This document shows, piece after piece, positions 1 to 7,023 of a DNA stretch of 27,507 nt. This stretch comes from Eubacteriales bacterium (GTDB taxonomy: Bacteria; Bacillota; Clostridia; Oscillospirales; CAG-382): NCBI GenBank assembly GCA_045637325.1, contig JAZTZF010000140.1, forward strand, positions 1-27,507. The letters are read 5' to 3'. Within the stretch, counting starts at the first letter, position 1, and each line of letters begins with the position of its first letter. Position numbers and translations under genes: made by a program. The notes under the pieces were generated by a model, which worked only from the letters and a program-made list of their open reading frames with translations, was not told the DNA's origin and searched no databases.

Positions 1-97
1 AGACGGAAAGGCGATAAAGAGCGTTTCGGAACTGCCGTCGGGTACCGAATTTGAGCTGATGTTAAGTGACGGTACGACACGTGCGGTAGCAAAATAA
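1..97 (+). CDS. xseA: 3' end of probable exodeoxyribonuclease VII large subunit (partial, runs off the window start)
   Basis: The frame starting at base 2 reads DGKAIKSVSELPSGTEFELMLSDGTTRAVAK* with stop TAA at 95-97. This resembles the typical XseA C-terminus (G..I.SV..L..G.....L.DG...A.V). Only 31 aa are visible. Confidence 0.6.
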   Translation, partial: DGKAIKSVSELPSGTEFELMLSDGTTRAVAK

Positions 98-117
98 AGT
101 TAAGAAAGAGCATAAAA

Positions 118-1014
118 ATGGCATCTATAATCAGAGCTATGACAAAAGACGGCTCGGCAAGAGCCTTGGTTCTCGACGGACGCGATATCGTGGAGCGTGC
201 GAGACAGATACACAACACAACCCCAACCGCCACGGCGGCGTTGGGCAGAACGTTGATCGCAACCTCGCTTGCAGGATCTCTTCTCGGCGAGAAGCAGGAT
301 GTTCTTACTATCCGTTTCAAGGGTGACGGCGTGGGCGGTACGGTGGTTGCGACAAGCGATTGGTGCGGCAACGTACGCGGATTTATCCAGAATCCTGCGG
401 CAGATCTGCCCTTGCGCCCCGACGGAAAACTGGACGTAGGCTCCTGTATCGGCAAGGGTGAGCTTTATATACTGCGCGACGCAGGCGGAAGCGAGCCTTA
501 CGTGGGTATCTCGAAGATACAGACGGGCGAAGTAGGCGACGATATCGCATATTACTATGCAACAAGCGAGCAGATTCCCACTATTTGTGCGCTTGGTGTG
601 CTTGTGGACCGTGATTATACCGTAAAAGCGGCAGGCGGTGCGTTGGTTCAGCTTCTTCCTTTTGCCGACGATGCCGTTACCGATCAATTGGAGATCAACG
701 CGCAAAAGATGCGCTCGGTGACAGAGATACTTTCGAACGGAACCCCCAAGGACGTGCTTGACGTTCTTCTTGACGGGATAGAATACGATATTTTTGATGA
801 AATAGAATGCGAATATAAATGCGCCTGCAGCCGCGAAAAGACCGATAACGCTCTTATTTCGCTCGGAGAAAGAGAACTGACCGATATGATAGAAAACGGC
901 GAAACCGAGACGGTTATGACCTGCAGTTTTTGCGATGCGGTGTACAAATATTCAAAAAGCGATCTTAAACACCTGCTTTCGATCGTAAAGAAAAACAAGA
1001 ACAGCGAAGAGTGA
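118..1014 (+). CDS. hslO: Hsp33 family redox-regulated chaperone
   Basis: 298 aa. N-terminal H..TPTATAALGRTL and GKLDVG motifs; C-terminal zinc-switch CxC (CACS) and CxxC (CSFC). Confidence 0.95.
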   Translation: MASIIRAMTKDGSARALVLDGRDIVERARQIHNTTPTATAALGRTLIATSLAGSLLGEKQDVLTIRFKGDGVGGTVVATSDWCGNVRGFIQNPAADLPLRPDGKLDVGSCIGKGELYILRDAGGSEPYVGISKIQTGEVGDDIAYYYATSEQIPTICALGVLVDRDYTVKAAGGALVQLLPFADDAVTDQLEINAQKMRSVTEILSNGTPKDVLDVLLDGIEYDIFDEIECEYKCACSREKTDNALISLGERELTDMIENGETETVMTCSFCDAVYKYSKSDLKHLLSIVKKNKNSEE

Positions 1015-1015
1015 T

Positions 1016-1723
1016 ATGAAAACAGCACTTGTAACAGGCGGAGCGAGAGGGATAGGCGAGGCGATCTGCCGTGCACTCTCGCGCGAGGGATGGTATATCG
1101 TTATACATTGCGGAAAGAGTGTAGAGGAAGCAAAAAAACTTTGCGCAGAGCTAGGAAATGCCGAATATATCTCGGCGGACCTTTCATCTCCCGACGCGAT
1201 AGACAAAATAGCAGAAAAATGCCCTAACCCCGATGCACTCATAAACAATGCAGGCGTAGCAATGGTCGGTTTGTTCGACACGGCAAGCGATTCCGACGTG
1301 CGCCGCACGTACGAAATAAACCTGTTTGCGCCCATTAACCTTGCGCGCAGGCTTTTGCCGTCGATGATAAGCCGAAAAAGCGGTGTTATTATAAATATTT
1401 CATCGGTGTTCGGCGAGTCGGGCGGCAGCTGCGAGGTGGATTATTCGGCATCAAAGGCAGGTATAATAGGGTTTACAAAAGCACTTGCAAAAGAGGTCGG
1501 ACCTGCAGGAATCCGTGTCAACTGTATCTGCCCGGGTATAATAGATACCGATATGAACGAGGATCTTACGTTTGACGATATAGAATCGCTTTGCGAACAG
1601 ATTCCGCTCGGTCGTATGGGCGACGCCGACGAGGTTGCCGAATGTGTTTCCTTCCTCGTGTCGGATAGGGCAAAATATATTACAGGCTCGGTGTTCGATA
1701 TAAACGGCGGCTGGCAGGGATAA
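1016..1723 (+). CDS. Short-chain dehydrogenase/reductase, FabG/YmfI-like
   Basis: TGGARGIG Rossmann motif, NNAG, catalytic YxxxK (YSASK) preceded by SCEV, and PGIIDTDM. Starts 1 nt after the hslO stop. Confidence 0.85.
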   Translation: MKTALVTGGARGIGEAICRALSREGWYIVIHCGKSVEEAKKLCAELGNAEYISADLSSPDAIDKIAEKCPNPDALINNAGVAMVGLFDTASDSDVRRTYEINLFAPINLARRLLPSMISRKSGVIINISSVFGESGGSCEVDYSASKAGIIGFTKALAKEVGPAGIRVNCICPGIIDTDMNEDLTFDDIESLCEQIPLGRMGDADEVAECVSFLVSDRAKYITGSVFDINGGWQG

Positions 1724-1732
1724 GGAGTATTT

Positions 1733-2191
1733 ATGAACAGAATCTCAAAATTTTATAAGGTTTCGGAATCTCAGTTTGGGCGCGACGGTTACGACGATAT
1801 AAAGCTCCCTTGCCGTGCAACCTCGGGTTCGGCAGGTTACGATTTTTTTGCGCCCTATGATTTTACGCTCGGCGTAGGCGAGGAGATCGTTATAGATACC
1901 GGTATTCGTGCGCAGATAGCAGACGGCTGGGTGCTGGTTATTTTGCCGCGCTCGGGATCGGGTTTTAAATACGGTGTTCGCCTTGCAAATACCGCAGGGG
2001 TTATAGATTCCGATTATTTCAATGCAGATAACGAAGGTCATATCAAGATAAAACTTGTCGGCGGAAACAAGCCGTATGAAGTAAAAAAAGGCGATGCTTT
2101 CGCACAGGGTATCTTTCTCCCGTACGGAATCACAGAGGATGACGAGGTCACAAAAGAACGCCACGGCGGATTTGGATCTACGGGAAGATAG
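1733..2191 (+). CDS. dut: Trimeric dUTP diphosphatase
   Basis: All five dUTPase motifs are present: SAGYD, PRSG, GVIDSDY, AQG and RxGGFGSTG. RBS AAGGAG. Confidence 0.95.
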   Translation: MNRISKFYKVSESQFGRDGYDDIKLPCRATSGSAGYDFFAPYDFTLGVGEEIVIDTGIRAQIADGWVLVILPRSGSGFKYGVRLANTAGVIDSDYFNADNEGHIKIKLVGGNKPYEVKKGDAFAQGIFLPYGITEDDEVTKERHGGFGSTGR

Positions 2192-2284
2192 AACAGTATA
2201 TCATGACTTAAAAACCTACCGATTATTATCGCGTAAGACCACGCGGTGCGTCGGTGAACTTAAAAATAACTTTTATCGTGGGAG

Positions 2285-2596
2285 ATGAAAAAAATGATAA
2301 CAACAAAACAAAGGGCATATTTGCGCTCGCTTGCAAATACAATAGAGCCTACTACACAAATCGGCAAATTGGGTATCGGCGATACCGTGCTCAAAACCGT
2401 GTCGCTTGCGCTGGAGGCACATGAATTGATAAAATTAACCATACTCGAAACCTGCCCCGAAACACCAAAAGAAGCAATGGTTTCGCTTTGCGATGCATTA
2501 GGTTGCGAGCCGGTTCAGGTTATCGGCAGAAAGGTAGTAATTTACCGTCAGTCAAGCAAAGAGGAAAACCGCAAAATAGTGCTTCCGAGAAAGTAA
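2285..2596 (+). CDS. yhbY: YhbY/CRM-domain RNA-binding ribosome assembly protein
   Basis: 103 aa. KQRAYLRSLA, IGKLG, HELIK and GxxG-like VIGRKVVIYR motifs. Confidence 0.9.
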   Translation: MKKMITTKQRAYLRSLANTIEPTTQIGKLGIGDTVLKTVSLALEAHELIKLTILETCPETPKEAMVSLCDALGCEPVQVIGRKVVIYRQSSKEENRKIVLPRK

Positions 2597-2610
2597 ATCG
2601 AATAAAAAAC

Positions 2611-2649
2611 AAAACAAGTTTCCGAATTTAACGGAAACTTGTTTTTTGT
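2611..2649. terminator. Bidirectional intrinsic terminator between convergent yhbY and the sufB-like gene
   Basis: AAAACAAGTTTCCG (2611-2624) pairs with CGGAAACTTGTTTT (2632-2645), a 14-bp perfect stem with A/T tracts on both sides. Confidence 0.85.
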
Positions 2650-2664
2650 TGTTTATAAAGTTTT

Positions 2665-3585
2665 TTATTCGCCCAAAAAGCCTTCGAGTATCTTTTCTTC
2701 GGCTTCTTCTTCTGTAAGACCGAGAGTCATGAGTTTTATTAACTGGTCGCCTGCTATACGACCGATAGCTGCCTCGTGTACGAGATTTGCCTCGGTATGC
2801 TCTGCGGCAACCGCAGGAACCGAACTTATCGTGGCGTTGCCCATAAGAATAGAGTCACAGCGTATATGCCCGAAGCAAGCCGATTTGCCCGTAACACAGG
2901 GACGGAAGACCTGCTTGGAATCGTCCTGAGCTACCGAGCGCGAGATTATTCTGCCGTTGGCATTTTCGCCGTCGAGAATAAGATCCATATCCGACTCGGC
3001 ATACTGCTTGCCGTGGGTAAGCAGTTTTTCGTTTATAATCGCACTGCCGTCTTTTTTGACGACGATTTTCGTATTTCTTGCGGTGGAATCAATGCCTTTT
3101 ATCTGTGTCGTGTCCATCTGTATGGTAGAACCTTCGCCTACGTATACGATAGTTTCGGGGTTCATAATGCGCTCGCCGTTTCCGTCGCCGTCGCCGTAAT
3201 GGCGCTCGGCGTAGCGTACGATAGAGTTTTTGCCGATATAAAAGGTATGAACACCGTCGTGGCGTGATTCTCCGTCGCCGCAGTTGTGGATACCGCAGCC
3301 TGCCATTATCGTAATATCACAGTCGTCACCGATAAAGAAATCGTTATAAACCGTTTCGGAATATCCGCTGTCGGTAATAATTACGGGGATATGCACGGTT
3401 TCGCCCTTGGTTCCGCTTTTGATGTTTATATTAATTCCGGGTTTGTCGGATTTGTTTTCGATGCGAATGTTCTCGGTAGAAAATCTTCCTGCCGAATCGC
3501 CGTTTTTGCGGATGTTGTATGCGCCGTTGGGGATAGAATCCATAAGCGCGATTTCCTTAAGAAGCGTAAAATCAAGTTTATCCAT
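2665..3585 (-). CDS. SufB/SufD-family Fe-S cluster assembly scaffold protein (SmsB-like)
   Basis: Beta-helix-like repeats; C-terminal GHIRCDSILM and LVHEAAIG motifs; QLIKLMTLGLTEEEAE tail. Start placed at MDKLD (3585), 2 nt downstream of the sufC-like stop. Confidence 0.85.
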   Translation of the reverse strand: MDKLDFTLLKEIALMDSIPNGAYNIRKNGDSAGRFSTENIRIENKSDKPGININIKSGTKGETVHIPVIITDSGYSETVYNDFFIGDDCDITIMAGCGIHNCGDGESRHDGVHTFYIGKNSIVRYAERHYGDGDGNGERIMNPETIVYVGEGSTIQMDTTQIKGIDSTARNTKIVVKKDGSAIINEKLLTHGKQYAESDMDLILDGENANGRIISRSVAQDDSKQVFRPCVTGKSACFGHIRCDSILMGNATISSVPAVAAEHTEANLVHEAAIGRIAGDQLIKLMTLGLTEEEAEEKILEGFLGE

Positions 3586-3587
3586 TC

Positions 3588-4316
3588 CTACTCGCCCTTT
3601 CTCATGTATTCGCATCCCAGCCCTGTGCCCAAAAGCTTGGGGAAGACGTCGTCTTTGCTTCCGTAATCCGAAATTTCGCCGTTAGAAAGCACGCAGATCT
3701 CATCGGCAAGCGAAATTATGCGTTCCTGGTGCGAGATGACGATTATTGTCGCATTTGAGGTTTTGTGCAGCTCTCGGAACGTTTCTGTAAGCTTTGCAAA
3801 CGACCAAAGATCGATTCCTGCCTCGGGCTCGTCAAATATCATCAAACCGCTTTTTCTTGCAAGAATGCTTGCGATCTCTATTCTCTTAACCTCGCCGCCC
3901 GAAAGTGAAGTATCGACTTCGCGGTCCACATAATCGGCGGCACAAAGACCTACCTTGTTAAGATAGTTACAACATTCTATTCTTGAAAGTTCTTTTCCGC
4001 CCGATGCGATAGACAGCAGTGCCTTTACCGTCATTCCCGTAAACCTCGGCGGTTGCTGAAATCCGTAGCTTATACCTGCGCGTGCGCGCTCGGTGATAGA
4101 GGTATTTGTAACGTCAAGTCCGTTCCAGACAATACTGCCGCCCGTAGGCTGAACTATACCCGAAACCGCCTTTGCAAGCGTGGTTTTGCCGCCGCCGTTC
4201 GGGCCGGTAAGCACCAAAAAAGTGCCGTCTTTTACCGAAAGACTGATATTTTTAAGTATATCCGTGCGTTCCGCACCGTTTCCTGCGGAAAAACATAAAT
4301 TTTTTATTTCAAGCAT
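3588..4316 (-). CDS. SufC-like ABC ATPase (SmsC-like)
   Basis: Walker A GPNGGGKT, Q-loop FQQP, signature LSGGE, Walker B IFDEPE, H-loop SHQ. No transmembrane partner; adjacent to the SufB-like gene. Start at MLEIK (4316) with an AAGGAG RBS. Confidence 0.85.
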   Translation of the reverse strand: MLEIKNLCFSAGNGAERTDILKNISLSVKDGTFLVLTGPNGGGKTTLAKAVSGIVQPTGGSIVWNGLDVTNTSITERARAGISYGFQQPPRFTGMTVKALLSIASGGKELSRIECCNYLNKVGLCAADYVDREVDTSLSGGEVKRIEIASILARKSGLMIFDEPEAGIDLWSFAKLTETFRELHKTSNATIIVISHQERIISLADEICVLSNGEISDYGSKDDVFPKLLGTGLGCEYMRKGE

Positions 4317-4350
4317 TTTAGTACTCCTTGCGAAATAGAGCATTTTTTAT

Positions 4351-4379
4351 ATTATAACACACACCCGCAAAATGTTCAA
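4351..4379 (-). promoter_or_regulatory. sigmaA promoter for the sufC/sufB-like pair
   Basis: Minus strand reads TTGAAC-17 nt-TATAAT with an extended -10 TG. Confidence 0.7.
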
Positions 4380-4464
4380 GTGTCGATTAATAGGTTTATT
4401 TTGGGAACATCAAAATACAACAAAATCCGTAAAAATCCACGACATGCGTACGGGATATGTGAAC

Positions 4465-4514
4465 GTAGGGGCGATTCACGAATCGCCCGCGGGTCATTCG
4501 TGAATGACCCCTAC
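4465..4514. repeat. Inverted pair of GTAG-tagged REP-like palindromes (REP dyad)
   Basis: Plus strand GTAGGGGCGATTCACGAATCGCCC (4465-4488), a 2-nt spacer, then minus-strand GTAGGGGTCATTCACGAATGACCC (4491-4514). A third copy lies at 16728. Confidence 0.8.
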
Positions 4515-4557
4515 AAAATCACCTATACAATAAACATCGCGTCATCGAAGTTTACAG

Positions 4558-4678
4558 GATAAAAGATACGAAGCTTCGATGAGTGAAAAGAGAAGAGTGA
4601 AGAGTGAAAAGAAGCGGTTGCTTTTTGCCAAAGCAAAAAGCTTCATTTTCTCTTATCTTTTCTCTCTTATCTTTTATC
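4558..4678. repeat. Inverted purine/pyrimidine heptamer-repeat element with a central hairpin
   Basis: Left GATAAAA-GATACGA...GAGTGAA x3. Central GCTTTTTGC-CAAA-GCAAAAAGC. Right TCTTATC-TTTTCTC-TCTTATC-TTTTATC. The outer 14 nt are inverted repeats with 1 mismatch. Confidence 0.65.
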
Positions 4679-4697
4679 TGTTCATTCAATAAATCTT

Positions 4698-5738
4698 TTA
4701 TTGAATGAACATCGCATCTCCAAAGGAGAAGAACCGATACTTTGTATTTACAGCCTCTCTATACGCGTTCATTGTATTATCATACCCAGCAAAAGCGCAA
4801 ACCAACATAATAAGTGTGCTTTCGGGGAGATGGAAGTTGGTTATCATCGCATCGACACACCTAAATTTCACACCGGGGTAGAGGAAGATCGAGGTTTCGC
4901 CCTCGAAAGGCTGAACCAGACCGTTTTCGTCGGTCACGCTTTCCAAAGTTCGCACGCTTGTTGTACCCACGGCGATAACACGTCCGCCGCGTGCATGGAC
5001 TGCGTTTATCTTATCTGCCGCTTCTTGGGTCACGCGGATATATTCGGAATGCATTATATGATTTTCAAGATTATCCTCTTTGACGGGGCGGAACGTTCCA
5101 AGCCCTACGTGTAGCAGAACGCGAACGATCTCAACCCCTTTTTCCTCTGCTTTTTTCAGCAGTTCGGGGGTAAAGTGCAACCCTGCCGTAGGTGCCGCCG
5201 CGCTTCCGTCGGTTTTTGCGTATACCGTCTGGTACCGTGTTTTGTCGGCTAACTTCTCGGTAATATAAGGCGGCAGAGGCATCAAACCGATTCTGTCAAG
5301 TATCTCGGTGAAAATTCCGTCGTATTCGAACCTTATTACACGGATACCGCCCTCCAAAACATCAATAACCGTGCCCGAAAGCTCGTCGGAATAGGTTATT
5401 TTCTGACCGATTTTTGTTTTTTTGCCGGGGCGTGTAAGGCACTTCCAGCATTCGCCCTCTGCGTTCTCTGCGCGTGAGAGCAAAACCGTTTCTATTTCGC
5501 CCGATCTGCCCTCTGCTTTTCCGAAAAGGCGAGCGGCGATAACCTTTGTGTCGTTAATTACAAGACAGTCGCCCTCGTTTAGTCGGTCGATAATATCGCA
5601 AAAAGTCTTGTGCTCGGTTTCTCCTGTTGATTTATCAAGACACAGCAGGCGCGATTGGTCGCGCACGGGGCTAGGTGTCTGAGCAATAAGCTCTTCGGGT
5701 AGGTCGTAAAAATATGTTGAACGCTTCAAAAGATCCAT
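4698..5738 (-). CDS. queA: S-adenosylmethionine:tRNA ribosyltransferase-isomerase
   Basis: YDLPEELIAQ, NDTKVIAARL, PLPPYI, YQTVYA, AAAPTAGLHFT, LHVGLGTFRPV, GTTSVRTLE, TNFHLP and YRFFSFGDAM motifs. Start at MDLL (5738) with an AAGGA RBS. Confidence 0.97.
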   Translation of the reverse strand: MDLLKRSTYFYDLPEELIAQTPSPVRDQSRLLCLDKSTGETEHKTFCDIIDRLNEGDCLVINDTKVIAARLFGKAEGRSGEIETVLLSRAENAEGECWKCLTRPGKKTKIGQKITYSDELSGTVIDVLEGGIRVIRFEYDGIFTEILDRIGLMPLPPYITEKLADKTRYQTVYAKTDGSAAAPTAGLHFTPELLKKAEEKGVEIVRVLLHVGLGTFRPVKEDNLENHIMHSEYIRVTQEAADKINAVHARGGRVIAVGTTSVRTLESVTDENGLVQPFEGETSIFLYPGVKFRCVDAMITNFHLPESTLIMLVCAFAGYDNTMNAYREAVNTKYRFFSFGDAMFIQ

Positions 5739-5815
5739 GTTAACTTCCTTTAACATTGTCTTGCCCTCTGTTTTCGGAATATACTTATTTCGAGAGGACT
5801 TTTTAATACAAAAGG

Positions 5816-5844
5816 ATTATACTACATCGTTTAAAATAATTCAA
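5816..5844 (-). promoter_or_regulatory. sigmaA promoter for queA
   Basis: Minus strand reads TTGAAT-17 nt-TATAAT. Confidence 0.65.
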
Positions 5845-5866
5845 CAGAAGAAAAGGAAAATCTCAT

Positions 5867-6748
5867 ATGAAAAAGTCACTTGTTTTTCGCGGCGCGGCGA
5901 CCGCGCTCGCAACACCGTTTGATAACAACGGTATAGATTACCTTGCTTTTGCAAAAATGATAGACCATCAACTCACCAACGGAATAGACGCATTGGTCGT
6001 TTGCGGCACGACAGGTGAATCCTCCACCCTTACCGATGCCGAAAAGCGCGAGCTTATATGCTTTGCCGTGCGTCAGGTAAGGGGGCGTGTTCCAGTTATT
6101 GCCGGAACCGGAAGCAACGACACAAAACGCGCCTGCGTGATGTCGGAATATGCGGCAAACGCAGGTGTTGATGCCTTGCTGGTAGTAACGCCGTATTATA
6201 ATAAATGCACACAAAAAGGGTTGGCGTCGTATTATAACGATATCGCCTCTGCCTCGGGACTTCCGTTTATCGCATACAGCGTTCCTGCACGGACCGGCAT
6301 GAAGATAGAACCCGAAACCGCACAGCAGATTTCCGAAAACCCATTAGCGGCAGGACTAAAGGATGCAGGCGACAGTATTTCGGATACGGCACGCACAATA
6401 TCGCTCTGCGGAGATGCACTGCCGATATATTCGGGCAACGACGACCGCATACTGCCGGTACTTTCGCTCGGCGGAAAAGGGGTTATATCGGTAATGTCGA
6501 ATATCATACCGTCGAAGGTAAAGAAGCTCTGCACACTCTTTTTTGATGGCGAGATCGAAAAATCGGCACGTCTTCAAACCGAGCTTATACCGCTTTGCGA
6601 TGCCTTGCGGTGTGAGGTCAATCCTATCCCCATAAAAGCGGCGCTTGCCGAGATCGGCTTGTGCAAAAATATTCTCAGAGCACCTCTTACGGGCATCTCG
6701 CCCGAGAACGCCGAAAAACTGATGACGGTAATAAAGTCGTTGGATTAA
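5867..6748 (+). CDS. dapA: 4-hydroxy-tetrahydrodipicolinate synthase
   Basis: GTTGES, VTPYYNK, catalytic Tyr (YSVP.RTG), Schiff-base Lys (GLKDA), SGND and NPIPIKAAL motifs. Confidence 0.93.
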   Translation: MKKSLVFRGAATALATPFDNNGIDYLAFAKMIDHQLTNGIDALVVCGTTGESSTLTDAEKRELICFAVRQVRGRVPVIAGTGSNDTKRACVMSEYAANAGVDALLVVTPYYNKCTQKGLASYYNDIASASGLPFIAYSVPARTGMKIEPETAQQISENPLAAGLKDAGDSISDTARTISLCGDALPIYSGNDDRILPVLSLGGKGVISVMSNIIPSKVKKLCTLFFDGEIEKSARLQTELIPLCDALRCEVNPIPIKAALAEIGLCKNILRAPLTGISPENAEKLMTVIKSLD

Positions 6749-6793
6749 TAAAAACCTCGAAGTTTAGCATTGTGTTCTAAAGGACACAATGCA

Positions 6794-6969
6794 GCGATAT
6801 AAATCCCTAACGGGATTTTCGATATACGCCTTCGGCGTTCGATATGTGCTGCGCACGTGATATGCCCTGCGGGGCGTGAAGGGATTTATATCATATCGAA
6901 TTTACCTTTAGGTAAATATATCGATTTTTCCGGCAGGAAAAAATATCGCATTGCGGAGCAATATATCGC
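6794..6969. repeat. Inverted array of mini-hairpins punctuated by CGATAT/ATATCG (unclassified structured repeat element)
   Basis: CGATAT at 6795, 6820, 6840 and TGATAT at 6858; ATATCG at 6893, 6918, 6943, 6963. Seven perfect hairpins lie between the motifs. Terminal inverted repeat GCGATATA/TATATCGC (8 bp). Confidence 0.85.
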
Positions 6970-6976
6970 AAAAAAC

Positions 6977-7023
6977 AACTACCCGAAGAAGAGAAGCAAA
7001 AACTCTTTTTCGGGTAGTTTTGT
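6977..7023. terminator. Probable bidirectional terminator between dapA and the SPFH gene
   Basis: AACTACCCGAAGAAGAG pairs with CTCTTTTTCGGGTAGTT (17 bp, one G-T), flanked by A-rich and T-rich tracts. Confidence 0.7.

Noticed and set aside
5757-5866. preQ1 riboswitch before queA or lysine riboswitch before dapA
   Set aside because: The gap is only about 110-130 nt and largely occupied by a promoter. The one hairpin (about 5763-5799) has no preQ1 or lysine aptamer consensus.
6794-6969. Mini-CRISPR interpretation of the repeat/spacer-like array
   Set aside because: The repeats are only 6-7 nt, they invert halfway through, the 'spacers' are 11-18-nt self-complementary hairpins, and there are no cas genes.
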